Below are positions 1 to 9,669 of a stretch of DNA of 64,000 nucleotides, piece after piece. The notes beneath the pieces were generated by a model that was given only the letters and a program-made list of their open reading frames with translations, did not search any database and was not told where the DNA came from. The stretch is taken from the NCBI GenBank assembly GCA_963746775.1, contig CAVVCK010000001.1, forward strand, positions 339,050 to 403,049. Direction: 5' to 3'. Within the stretch, counting starts at the first letter, position 1; each line of letters begins with the position of its first letter. The translations under genes and the position numbers were made by a program. This stretch comes from an uncultured bacterium. Its GTDB lineage: Bacteria > Patescibacteriota > JABMPQ01 > CAVVCK01.

Positions 1-708
1 ATAAGTCATAATTTTCAAACCATCTGTGATTTGTGCCAGATACTCAAAATCCATCCCACCCGCCCAATCTATGGCCGGTGTAGAAATTGTTACTTTTGAT
101 CCAGTAATATTATTGTGAATTGTATTAGTTAGATCATGCATGAAATCATTGAATTCCTCCTTTTCAGCTTTTCCAACATATTCAAAGTCAATATTTACGC
201 CATCGCAATTAGTACTTTGCACTTCCTTTAATATATTAGAAATGGCATTCTGCCTGTTAGTTTTACTTCCCAAGAGTTCTACTATTTGATCCGAATCAAA
301 GTTCATAATACTTAAAACAACTCTTACTCCATTAGAATGTGCCTTATTAATTAATTTTATATAAGGCCAGCCATGCCTATCTGTAATCTCACCCCTTTGG
401 TCTATAACTATGGCATGAAAGGCAATATCGGTTAAAAGTTCGTAATCATAATCTAAGTACGAATCAGAGCCCCAATAAGGATAAAAACCAAATACAGTCT
501 TTTTAACCCTTGGACTCTCTGAAGTCGAGAGAGAAATTATTTTTTCACTAGATTCAAACTCAGCAGCTTTAACACCCTCATTTTTCTCTGAATCAATTTG
601 ATGAACACTTTTATAATTTGAAATATCGGCTGCAAAAATATTATTTCCATAAATTAAAAAAGACAGAACTAACAAGAAACTTGATATGATTTTTGTTTTT
701 TGTTTCAT
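1..708 (-). CDS. Secreted glycoside hydrolase family 18 protein (C-terminus runs off the window)
   Basis: Manual translation (not in ORF track): signal peptide MKQKTKIISSFLLVLSF, VFGFYPYW, catalytic CDGVNIDFE (DxxDxDxE-type), ending in IMTY at the window edge. Confidence 0.85.
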   Translation of the reverse strand, partial: MKQKTKIISSFLLVLSFLIYGNNIFAADISNYKSVHQIDSEKNEGVKAAEFESSEKIISLSTSESPRVKKTVFGFYPYWGSDSYLDYDYELLTDIAFHAIVIDQRGEITDRHGWPYIKLINKAHSNGVRVVLSIMNFDSDQIVELLGSKTNRQNAISNILKEVQSTNCDGVNIDFEYVGKAEKEEFNDFMHDLTNTIHNNITGSKVTISTPAIDWAGGMDFEYLAQITDGLKIMTY

Positions 709-710
709 TA

Positions 711-1838
711 TTATAAATTTGGTTTAATATATTCTATTTCTCTAAAATCATCTTCTTCCCACTTTTCTTTGTCTTCTTCTAAATTAACTATAGCCATCTT
801 GGGAGTTTCAACTTTATTTTTATAATGACTCAATTTACTATTATTTCCCCCGCTAGAAAAAATCGTTACCAGTTGATTATTAAATATAATGTCCGCACCA
901 TTTTCTTTTGGCTCATGGCTTCTTAACATAACTCTAGCTCCAATTTGACTCATAAATTTTTTAAAAGCCCCTTCTCCGAATTCAACAAATTCAGCTTCTT
1001 CTGGTTTATCTTTTTTTTCAGGCTCTCTATCAATATTAGGGATTGTTTCTGCGCTTTTAAACCCCGGGTCATTCCAGCGCATTTGTTCTAATATTCTCTC
1101 ATTATTTAGTTGCCGCAAAGTATCTACTCCTTTGTTGGGAATACCACCATGAACTGCCGCTATTCCACTAGCAGTTAAAACTATTCCGGGCAGTTCTTTA
1201 AATAAATCAACATATTCTGACAGAAGCTCCAGGCCTTTAACACGATTATTATGCTCCCTTCTTGGATAAACCTCTTTAAGTATAGATTTAAATAAGCAAT
1301 TATATCCATATATTGTTCCCAGCATGCTTTGATCCATCCCTTCATGATTCCCCCTCATTAAAATAACATTTTCTGGGTATCTTTCCTTGAGCTTTAGTAC
1401 CAATCCTAATGCTCCGATGCTATCTTCCCCTCGATTAGCATAATCACCTTCGAAAATTAAAACTTTTTCTTGATCACCTCTTTCCATGCCCTCAATAAAA
1501 CCACTCTGCTCAACAGCTGAAATAACAGCCTCTGAATCACCATGAATATCACCAATAAAAATACCTTCCCCCCGACGCGGCAAATAAGCTACCTTGCCAT
1601 CAACAAAATATTCACTACCATAAGGACCATTTTCAATTTCTGAAATTTTTTTATTATCAGCCAAAAAACCTTTTCCCTTTTCTCGTTCTTTTTCTAATAT
1701 TCCCCTAATATTAGTTATTAATTCTTTTATTTTTTCTGGCCTTCTTTCGCTGGCCATTTCATAAATTTCCCTCTTTGCACCAATGATATGTTGTTCTAGT
1801 TCAATTTCCTCCTGTTCTTCTGATCCTCTTTCTGTCAT
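711..1838 (-). CDS. PPP-family Ser/Thr protein phosphatase (calcineurin-like metallophosphoesterase)
   Basis: GDIHG, GDYANRG, RGNHE, HGG, WNDP, RSHE and TIFS motifs. Confidence 0.85.
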   Translation of the reverse strand: MTERGSEEQEEIELEQHIIGAKREIYEMASERRPEKIKELITNIRGILEKEREKGKGFLADNKKISEIENGPYGSEYFVDGKVAYLPRRGEGIFIGDIHGDSEAVISAVEQSGFIEGMERGDQEKVLIFEGDYANRGEDSIGALGLVLKLKERYPENVILMRGNHEGMDQSMLGTIYGYNCLFKSILKEVYPRREHNNRVKGLELLSEYVDLFKELPGIVLTASGIAAVHGGIPNKGVDTLRQLNNERILEQMRWNDPGFKSAETIPNIDREPEKKDKPEEAEFVEFGEGAFKKFMSQIGARVMLRSHEPKENGADIIFNNQLVTIFSSGGNNSKLSHYKNKVETPKMAIVNLEEDKEKWEEDDFREIEYIKPNL

Positions 1839-1861
1839 ACAATTTTTATTAATTAATTGAC

Positions 1862-2563
1862 TTACTCTTTACGACTCGCCTCCATCTTATCTTTAATTTC
1901 CTGCAAACGAGAAAGCCGTTCTGTTATAAATTGAGGTCCCCTGTCATTTGATATTTTTCCTATCTCTTCCATTAAATCATAGAATTCATTCATCTTTCTG
2001 CCATAAGGAGTATCAAGCATTTCTTCCCGAAATCCTTCAGCCTCTCTTTCTGCTCTTTCTAAATCTTCCTCCAAGACTTTTTTGTTTCCCTCTTTGGGAA
2101 CATTTATTTTTCTTTTTATTTCCTTAATTCTTCCCAAGGCTACTTCGTAATATTTGCTTAAATCTAAACAAATTTCATAACCATTTGAATCATCTTCTTT
2201 AGATTTTTCTCTCTCGCTAATAAGCTTGCTTATTCGCTTTAAAATTCCCCGATACTCACTGATCTCATCATCTATAAAAGATTTTATTAAATTTTTACTA
2301 TCTTTATTATCTTCTCTTTCTAAAATAACTTTTAAAATATCTTCTTTAAATATCTCTTCTCTTCCATCATTAGAAAATTTGGACAAATATAAATCTTTGC
2401 TTCTATCACCTGCCAAGGGAACTTCCGAATATAATCTTTCTCTTTCTTGAAGTTCATTCTTAATTTCATGAGCATAATTTAAGATATCGTCTTTCGGGTA
2501 TCTTTCTAACTCGGGATTATCCCATCTAAAATCGTTAGGACCCTCCCTATTAAATTCTCCCAT
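1862..2563 (-). CDS. Hypothetical charged helical protein
   Basis: 233-aa ORF co-oriented with neighbours; no recognised motif. Confidence 0.7.
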   Translation of the reverse strand: MGEFNREGPNDFRWDNPELERYPKDDILNYAHEIKNELQERERLYSEVPLAGDRSKDLYLSKFSNDGREEIFKEDILKVILEREDNKDSKNLIKSFIDDEISEYRGILKRISKLISEREKSKEDDSNGYEICLDLSKYYEVALGRIKEIKRKINVPKEGNKKVLEEDLERAEREAEGFREEMLDTPYGRKMNEFYDLMEEIGKISNDRGPQFITERLSRLQEIKDKMEASRKE

Positions 2564-2578
2564 AAATTTACTTTTTTA

Positions 2579-3469
2579 TTAAATTTTTATTCCTCTTAGA
2601 TTCTTAATCCGATCTTCAACCAAAGGATGGGTAGAAAAAAGCTTATTCATAAAACCTTTTTTTCGAAAAGGATTACTAATATAGAGATGAGCCGTTGCTT
2701 TATTAGCTCGAATGACACTAGAATTCTGGGAAATCTTTTCCAAAGCAGAAGCTAAACCTTCTGGATAACGAGTTAAAAGCGCTCCATCAGCATCTGCTAG
2801 AAATTCTCTTTTTCGAGATAAAGCGGCCTGCATAACAGCAGCAACAATAGGAGATAATATTGATAAAACTATAGCCGCAATCATCATAATCATACCAAAT
2901 TGCCCCGAATCTCTATCTTTTCCTCTGCGGCCAAAAAAACTCCAGCGCATAAACCAATCAGCAAGTAGAGTTACGAAACCCACTAAAACAACAATGACTG
3001 TTGATAACAAAATATCGCGATTGCCAATATGAGATAATTCATGAGCAATTACCCCCTCTAATTCTGATTTTTCTAAAGAATTTACTAATCCAGAAGTCAA
3101 AGCTATAACGGAGTGTTCCGGATTTCTGCCAGTGGCAAAAGCATTCATGCCGCTATCTTCTATTATATAAATTTTAGGGACAGATAGCCCCGCTGTAATG
3201 CATAAATTTTCCACCAAATGATAAATTTCTTTGTTATTTTCATGATTAATTTCATAAGCACCGCTCATCAATAAAACAATTTTATCCGACCACCAATAGC
3301 TAACAAAACTCATAATAACACTAAAAAAGACAGCCAAAAACAAAACTCCTTGGCTATCCATAACATAACTAAAAATATATCCGACTCCTATGACAAATAT
3401 AAAAAATAAAGTCATTAAAAGCCAAGTTTTTCTTATATTTGAATCTTTATGAGTATAGAGTGTGGCCAT
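2579..3469 (-). CDS. htpX: Zinc metalloprotease HtpX (M48)
   Basis: NAFATG, HELSH, SRKREFLAD, FSTHP; TM helices; next to lemA. Confidence 0.95.
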   Translation of the reverse strand: MATLYTHKDSNIRKTWLLMTLFFIFVIGVGYIFSYVMDSQGVLFLAVFFSVIMSFVSYWWSDKIVLLMSGAYEINHENNKEIYHLVENLCITAGLSVPKIYIIEDSGMNAFATGRNPEHSVIALTSGLVNSLEKSELEGVIAHELSHIGNRDILLSTVIVVLVGFVTLLADWFMRWSFFGRRGKDRDSGQFGMIMMIAAIVLSILSPIVAAVMQAALSRKREFLADADGALLTRYPEGLASALEKISQNSSVIRANKATAHLYISNPFRKKGFMNKLFSTHPLVEDRIKNLRGIKI

Positions 3470-3549
3470 AGATCAATATAACAAGATAACAAAATAACAA
3501 TAAAAAACAAGTTTTATAAAAATTGTTATTTTGTTTTTATGTTCTTGCG

Positions 3550-4125
3550 TTATTTTGATTCACTAAAATCAACCTTAGGTGCTTCTTTTTCCCCTTCTTC
3601 TATTTCAAAGAAATCAGCCGGCTTGAAACCAAACATAGAAGCAATTAAATTAGTTGGAAATTGCTCCTGTTTAGTATTGTAATCTCTAGTGTTACCATTA
3701 TAAAATCTTCTTGATGCTTGAATTTTGTTTTCTGTATCAGACAGTTCCTGCTGTAAAGCTAAAAAATTCTGATTAGCTTTTAAATCAGGATAAGCTTCAG
3801 ATACAGCGAATAATGATTTTAAAGCTCCCGACAACATATTTTCAGCTTGAGCACTTTCTGCTGCATTACCAGATTTTTCTGCCTGCATAGCTTTTGATCT
3901 AGCTTCAGTTACTTCCTGAAAAACTTTATTCTCATGCCCAGCATAACCTTTTACAGTTTCAATTAAATTTGGAATTAAGTCATAGCGCCTCTTTAACTGG
4001 ACATCAATGTCCGACCAGGCTTCCTTGACTCGGTTACGCATTTTTACCAGACCATTATAGGTAGCAATAAGCCAAGCTACCACTACTGCAATCGCACCCA
4101 TAAAAACGAAGAAAATAATACCCAT
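3550..4125 (-). CDS. lemA: LemA family protein
   Basis: YNGLV, AWSDIDVQLKRRYDLIPNL, EAYPDLKANQNF. Confidence 0.95.
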   Translation of the reverse strand: MGIIFFVFMGAIAVVVAWLIATYNGLVKMRNRVKEAWSDIDVQLKRRYDLIPNLIETVKGYAGHENKVFQEVTEARSKAMQAEKSGNAAESAQAENMLSGALKSLFAVSEAYPDLKANQNFLALQQELSDTENKIQASRRFYNGNTRDYNTKQEQFPTNLIASMFGFKPADFFEIEEGEKEAPKVDFSESK

Positions 4126-4157
4126 AGTTTTTATTTTAATTAATAAATTATATTATA

Positions 4158-4838
4158 TTATATTTTATCATTTATTAGTCCATCTTTCAATCTAATTGTC
4201 TTTTTGGCATATTCGGCAATTTCTTCTTCATGGGTTACCATAATGATTGTTTTACCAGCTTTATTTAAATTTTTTAAAATTTCCATTATTTCTAGCCCTT
4301 TTCGGGTATCAAGATTTCCCGTAGGTTCATCAGCTAATATAATTGAAGGACTATTAATTAAAGCTCTGGCTATAGCAATTCTTTGTTGCTCTCCTCCGGA
4401 TATCTCATTGGGCTTATGTTTCGTGCGATGAAATAAACCTACTTCTTTCAAGGCCTTTTCGGCTTTTCTTTTTCTATTTTTATAACTAATCCTCTTTTTA
4501 TTATACGACAAAGGCAGCATTACATTTTCGAGAGCACTATGGCGTGATAATAAATTAAACATTTGAAAAACGAATCCTATTTTGTTATTTCTAATTCGAG
4601 CAAGCTCTTTCTTACTTTTCTGGTCTACTCTTTTACCACTCAACAAATAACCGCCTGCGGTAGGAGTATCCAGAAGTCCTATCAAATTCATTAAAGTTGT
4701 TTTACCACTACCTGATGGCCCCATTAAGGCTATAAAATCTCCTTTCTCAACCTCCAAAGAGATATTCTGCAAAGCTTCAACTTTAACTTTGCCCAAGCTA
4801 TAAGTTTTCTTTATATTTTTTAATTCTATTAAGGGCAT
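4158..4838 (-). CDS. ABC transporter ATP-binding protein (LolD/MacB-type)
   Basis: Walker A GPSGSGKT, SGGEQQR, ILADEPTGNLD. Confidence 0.95.
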   Translation of the reverse strand: MPLIELKNIKKTYSLGKVKVEALQNISLEVEKGDFIALMGPSGSGKTTLMNLIGLLDTPTAGGYLLSGKRVDQKSKKELARIRNNKIGFVFQMFNLLSRHSALENVMLPLSYNKKRISYKNRKRKAEKALKEVGLFHRTKHKPNEISGGEQQRIAIARALINSPSIILADEPTGNLDTRKGLEIMEILKNLNKAGKTIIMVTHEEEIAEYAKKTIRLKDGLINDKI

Positions 4839-4901
4839 ATTTAAATTTAATTAACTTTTTTATATTAAATAATTACACGCGGATTTAAAATTTATATTTT
4901 A

Positions 4902-4961
4902 TACATACAGGTTTGAAACCTAAACATATTTTGTACATACAGGTTTGAAACCTGTATCTAC
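4902..4961. repeat. GTAG-REP-like family A (GTAGATACAGGTTT(C/T)AAACCTGTA), two units
   Basis: Palindrome TACAGGTTTGAAACCTGTA preceded by GTAG on the minus strand; recurs near 14.8, 22.6, 59.7 and 63.4 kb. Confidence 0.85.
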
Positions 4962-5996
4962 CTACCTCAAATACTTCTCTACCATCTTCTCCTTCCCCTC
5001 TTCATCAATCACCCAAAAATACAAATTCTTTCCAAAATTTTCTACATACAAGGTTTCCCCATGTCCCGGAACAAAATCAGTTTTTATATCGCCTAAACTT
5101 AATTTTCCAAATCTTCTCACAAAAGTTGTCGCTCCAAACATTCCTGCTCTGGCAAAATCAATATTGATTTCAGCGTTATCACTTTCTTTCAAGTAATTAT
5201 AAACTTTCTGCGCAGTATCTTTATTTTTCATTTGACTTAAAACTGCTCTAAATACTTTCCTTTGATCATCAGTTCTAGCAAAGTCCCCTCCAGCTCTATA
5301 TCGATCACGCACCTGAGCTAGCGCTTTTTCCCCATCATAATACCCGTCATCAGTCCACACTCCACCTACCATATCCACAACATCTTTAAAGCTCTCAAAA
5401 GTAAATTCTACTGTGCCATTAATTTTTATACCTAAAAAATCTTCAATAGTCTTTTGGGTTAATTTAATATTACCAATACTAGATTTATCAGTTAAATCTC
5501 CATAAATATAAGCATGGGTAATTTTATCCAAACCATGTCCTTCAATATTTACCCGGCTATCTCTTGGAATGGTAATTAGGCTGGTTGGTTTACTAGGATT
5601 CTTGGGAATAGAAAAAATCATTAAAACATCAGAACGTGCCCGCTCCTCTCCCCTTCTATCACAACCTACAATTAAAATATTATATCGATCAGGCATTAGC
5701 GCATAAACAATTCCAAATAATAAAATTGGGATAATTATAATTAGAGGTAGGATTATTTTTAGGAATATTCGTCTTTTCTTTTTTTTCCCTTTGCCCGCCG
5801 TAGCTGCCTCCTTCGCCGAAGTAGCTACGGAGGCCGAGTTGGCGGAGGAGGGTTTGTCCGCCGAAGTTTTAACGAAGGATTTACCCGCTGTAGTTTTAAC
5901 AGAAGTAGACTTGTCCGCCACAGATTTGTCAAAAATAGATTCTTTTTTATTTATATTTTCTTCACTAACTTTTCCAAGCTTTATGATTTTTGGCAT
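4962..5996 (-). CDS. LCP (LytR-CpsA-Psr) family protein with a repeat-derived N-terminal insert
   Basis: TM helix, NILIVGCD, RSD, IPRDSRV, KITHAY, GDFARTDDQ. Confidence 0.9.
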   Translation of the reverse strand: MPKIIKLGKVSEENINKKESIFDKSVADKSTSVKTTAGKSFVKTSADKPSSANSASVATSAKEAATAGKGKKKKRRIFLKIILPLIIIIPILLFGIVYALMPDRYNILIVGCDRRGEERARSDVLMIFSIPKNPSKPTSLITIPRDSRVNIEGHGLDKITHAYIYGDLTDKSSIGNIKLTQKTIEDFLGIKINGTVEFTFESFKDVVDMVGGVWTDDGYYDGEKALAQVRDRYRAGGDFARTDDQRKVFRAVLSQMKNKDTAQKVYNYLKESDNAEINIDFARAGMFGATTFVRRFGKLSLGDIKTDFVPGHGETLYVENFGKNLYFWVIDEEGKEKMVEKYLR

Positions 5997-6024
5997 ATGT
6001 TTATATTATATTTTATTCTCTTCT

Positions 6025-6092
6025 GTAGGTTGGTTTAAGTGAAACGAACCTAACATTCAATTGTTGGGTTTCTTAACTTCAACCCAACCTAC
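6025..6092. repeat. Inverted REP doublet, family B (GTAGGTTGGGTTGA...AAACCCAAC)
   Basis: Two GTAG-led palindromes in inverted orientation; single copies at 49357, 51890 and 59626. Confidence 0.85.
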
Positions 6093-6931
6093 TTTATTTT
6101 TTTTGATTTTGATCCTATTTTAAAATTTTGTCCACTTACTACTTTTTTACCTGTTTTCTTTTCTAATTCCAAACGCGCATTTTTAGCTACTCTGCCACCC
6201 TTCTTAGCTGGACCTTTATTTTCTTTTAAACCTTTTGCCTCTACGGTTTCTGCGATTTGACGAGTAGAGAGTTCAGCTAAAGCAGTAAAAACTAATTCTG
6301 CATCGGTCATATGGTCACGCAAATTTTCTCTTTTTAGATTTTTTAAATTCTTATGTTCCCTGACTGATAATTCGCTCCATTCTCGATGAATAATATTAGT
6401 CAAAATAGCATATTCGTCTTTTTCCTTAACCTCATTATCTTTCCAATAATCCGTTAGTTTATTTCTGATTTCTTGTCCCATCATTCTTTGTTGAACCCAT
6501 TTCTTGCTTCTGCCCATTTTTTGCCAATAATCTCGAGAACGATTTAGGGCTTTTTCCGGATCATTTATTTCTTCTATGCGCTCATAACCTACCCTAGCTA
6601 ACCATAATTTTACCGGTTCGGCTTTAGGGCTGGGGATAGATTGAATTAGACGTAGTAGAGTTTCTGTATCGGCTGTATCAGTTTCACGCATTTTTCCATC
6701 TTCTGCTACCATTTTCAACCGGTGACATTTTGTCACCGCTTCACTTCCCTCTTTTTTAAGCCTTTCTGATAGTTTATTCCAATATTTTCTGACAGTTTGA
6801 TAATTAGGTTGTTCAATTAAAATCTGAACAATATCAATAATAGAAAAATACCATTTTTCTTTTTTCTCATCCCAAATCCGCCTAATTTTTTTATCTTTAA
6901 ATATGGCTAATTTTTGAGATTGTTTTTTCAT
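6089..6931 (-). CDS. BRO-N domain / antirepressor-like protein
   Basis: IRRIWD..EKWYFSIIDIV, LKM.A.DGK.R.TD, LIQSIPSPKAEP.KLWLA, NLRDHMT. Confidence 0.85.
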   Translation of the reverse strand: MKKQSQKLAIFKDKKIRRIWDEKKEKWYFSIIDIVQILIEQPNYQTVRKYWNKLSERLKKEGSEAVTKCHRLKMVAEDGKMRETDTADTETLLRLIQSIPSPKAEPVKLWLARVGYERIEEINDPEKALNRSRDYWQKMGRSKKWVQQRMMGQEIRNKLTDYWKDNEVKEKDEYAILTNIIHREWSELSVREHKNLKNLKRENLRDHMTDAELVFTALAELSTRQIAETVEAKGLKENKGPAKKGGRVAKNARLELEKKTGKKVVSGQNFKIGSKSKKIK

Positions 6932-6943
6932 GACTTTTTTTGA

Positions 6944-7489
6944 TTAACTATTAGATTCCGATAGTTCAGCGTAATTCACATGTATTTTTCTATATTTTTC
7001 TTTATAAATTTCAATAACACTCCTTTTGTCATGTTTGCTTGAATCAATGCCAAATTCTTGTAAAAATTTATCAACCTTTCTTTTATCTGATAAATTAAAT
7101 TTTACTTCCAAAAACATTCCTAGTTCCTTTGTAGTATCAAGATCAAAACGAATAAACTCATTTTTCCAAGTTTGGCGATATTTATGAAAGGTAAAAATTG
7201 GCAAATATCCCAGTCTCTCAAGAATAGACTGAACTTGATCAGCTCTTTGTATATCCGACTCAAAATGTTCCCACTCACCAGTTTTATTATCACGAATTTT
7301 CATATCTAATTTTTGTACACCTTGAGACTTCTTAATTCGCAAGATTGAATAAAAATTATCATTAGTATTTGGAACTTCAAAATATATATACGCATATTTA
7401 ACAGCAGGACCAAACTCAACATTTTTTACTTTTACCTTATTTTTAAAATCATCTTCTACCTGAAATTTATATTGAACTTTCTTTTCCAT
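6944..7489 (-). CDS. CYTH (class IV adenylate cyclase-like) domain protein with degenerate motifs
   Basis: LRI, K.R, LD..KELGMFLEV; start re-placed at ATG 7489 because the longer ORF overlaps the upstream gene. Confidence 0.7.
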   Translation of the reverse strand: MEKKVQYKFQVEDDFKNKVKVKNVEFGPAVKYAYIYFEVPNTNDNFYSILRIKKSQGVQKLDMKIRDNKTGEWEHFESDIQRADQVQSILERLGYLPIFTFHKYRQTWKNEFIRFDLDTTKELGMFLEVKFNLSDKRKVDKFLQEFGIDSSKHDKRSVIEIYKEKYRKIHVNYAELSESNS

Positions 7490-7577
7490 AAAATATTTGT
7501 TATTTATACTCAAAATCACAAGAACATTGTGAAAACCCCTCCTACCTCCCCTTGGTAAGGGGAGAATTAAAATTATT

Positions 7578-8804
7578 CTATTCATACCGCAGCGCCTCAA
7601 TCGGATTCTTTCTCGCTGCCTTAACTGCCGGAGCCACTCCAAATATTATACCTACTAAAACTGAAATAGAAAAAGCCAAAACCAAAGCATATAAAGTAAT
7701 TTGTGGCTCAATTGGTGAATATTTCGATATAAAGAATGATCCTACATAAGCAAGCCCTACTCCCAATCCTCCACCTATTAAACTTATCACTGTGGCTTCA
7801 ATTAAAAACTGAACCATGATATTGCCAGACGTTGCACCCAAAGCTTTTCTAATGCCAATCTCTCGAGTACGTTCTGTAACAGATACCAACATAATATTCA
7901 TAATACCAATGCCGCCAACCAATAAAGATATAGCGGCAATACCAGAAAGCAAAGTGGTAATTAAGCTAATTATTTGCTCAAACATAGCTAACATATCTTG
8001 TTGAGTCATCACAGAAAAATCTTCATTGCCTTCATGTCTTTCCAATAATAATTCTTTGATTTGATTTTGTACGCTGCCAACTTCATCTTTATTACGTGCT
8101 TGCATAGTAATACGATTCAATTTATTAGTTTCAAACATCTCCTCAGCTACTGTAATCGGAATTACCGCCATTAAATTAGCATCGATTCCTATGCTACTTA
8201 ATCCTTCAGTTTTCATAGTACCTACTACTTCAAATTCTTCTTTATTTATTTCTATCTTTTTTTCCAAAGGGTCTTCTTCTCCAAATAAATCTTTTACTAT
8301 AGTATCACCTATTACCACAATTTTATTTTTATCATTCATGTCTTGATCATCAATAAATCTTCCTCTATTTAAATTATAAAATCCAATGAACTGCAATGTA
8401 GGCTCAGACCCTACTAGCATAGGTACTGCTTTTTTGCCCTCATAAATAAAATTGCCACCCACAAACATAATAGAAGAAACATTTTCTACCCCCTCAATCT
8501 TTTCTTCAATAGATTTTTTATCATCCAAAGTTAAAGTGGAAATACCAGCCACTCCGGCCATAGAAGACATACCGCCGCCATTACCATCATTATTGCCAGC
8601 TACTTGTCCCGGTAATACTATTATTAAATTAGACCCAATAGCTTCAATTTCAGAAGCTACTCCCTTTTTAACTCCTTCACCCATAGCTAGCAAAGTAATT
8701 ACGGAAGTAACTCCGATAATAATGCCAAGCATAGTCAAAAAAGCTCTAATTTTGTTAGATAGAATTGACTTTACAGCTATTTTTAGATTTTCTAATATAA
8801 GCAT
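7578..8804 (-). CDS. MacB/FtsX-family ABC permease
   Basis: LTMLGIIIGV, GGIGIMNIMLVSVTERTREIGIRKALGA, PIEALRYE. Confidence 0.95.
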   Translation of the reverse strand: MLILENLKIAVKSILSNKIRAFLTMLGIIIGVTSVITLLAMGEGVKKGVASEIEAIGSNLIIVLPGQVAGNNDGNGGGMSSMAGVAGISTLTLDDKKSIEEKIEGVENVSSIMFVGGNFIYEGKKAVPMLVGSEPTLQFIGFYNLNRGRFIDDQDMNDKNKIVVIGDTIVKDLFGEEDPLEKKIEINKEEFEVVGTMKTEGLSSIGIDANLMAVIPITVAEEMFETNKLNRITMQARNKDEVGSVQNQIKELLLERHEGNEDFSVMTQQDMLAMFEQIISLITTLLSGIAAISLLVGGIGIMNIMLVSVTERTREIGIRKALGATSGNIMVQFLIEATVISLIGGGLGVGLAYVGSFFISKYSPIEPQITLYALVLAFSISVLVGIIFGVAPAVKAARKNPIEALRYE

Positions 8805-8873
8805 GATAAGCTAGTATATAATTATTGTATTGTTATTATATCTAATAACTGCAAATCAAACAACCATCTAAAA

Positions 8874-9548
8874 ATGACATCAGAACGCCTCCAAAAAATA
8901 ATCGCCCAATCAGGACTTTGTTCCAGAAGATCCGCTGAAAAATTAATCGCTCAGGGCAAAGTTACTATAAATAATAAAATAGCTAAGCTTGGTGATAAAG
9001 CCACAAACCAGGATATTATTAAAGTTGAGAATAAAATTATTAAATCTCAAGAAGAAAAAATTTATATCGCACTAAATAAACCAGCCAGCTACACTACTAC
9101 TAATAAAGATAGGTTTGCCGAGAAAAAAGTTATTGATTTAATCAATATTCCTCAAAGAATTTTCCCAGTTGGACGATTAGACAAAGATACGGAAGGATTA
9201 ATATTCCTAACTAATGATGGTAATTGGACTAATAAAATTACCCATCCTAAGTTCGAGAAAGAAAAAGAATATTACGTCGAGCTAAATAAAATTTTAAAAA
9301 AAGAAATTTTAAATGAAATAAATAAAGGCTTTACATTAGAAGATGGATATATAAAACCTTTGGTAAAAATAATTTCCAATAAATCTTATTTAATTATAAT
9401 TCACGAAGGAAAAAATAGAATTGTGAAAAGGATATTTAGAAATTTTGGCTATCATGTAAAAAGACTTGTTCGAGTTAGAATTGGAAAATTTGAATTAGGT
9501 GATTTAGAATCAGGAAGATGGAAATATATTAAACCAAACTCTATCTAA
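8874..9548 (+). CDS. rRNA pseudouridine synthase (RsuA/RluB family)
   Basis: S4 domain ERLQKIIAQSGLCSRR, GRLDKDTEGL. Confidence 0.95.
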   Translation: MTSERLQKIIAQSGLCSRRSAEKLIAQGKVTINNKIAKLGDKATNQDIIKVENKIIKSQEEKIYIALNKPASYTTTNKDRFAEKKVIDLINIPQRIFPVGRLDKDTEGLIFLTNDGNWTNKITHPKFEKEKEYYVELNKILKKEILNEINKGFTLEDGYIKPLVKIISNKSYLIIIHEGKNRIVKRIFRNFGYHVKRLVRVRIGKFELGDLESGRWKYIKPNSI

Positions 9549-9669
9549 CAGAAGTCCAGCTCCCTATAGGGAGCTGGACTTCTTATATTAACGATTTAGT
9601 TATTTTTTATTCGTAACATTAGTACTCATTCGTATACATCTCTCGAGTATTCTCGAAAGATTGGCATTA

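Noticed and set aside
6089-6931. Prophage suggested by the BRO-N gene
   Set aside because: No integrase, structural or replication genes nearby.
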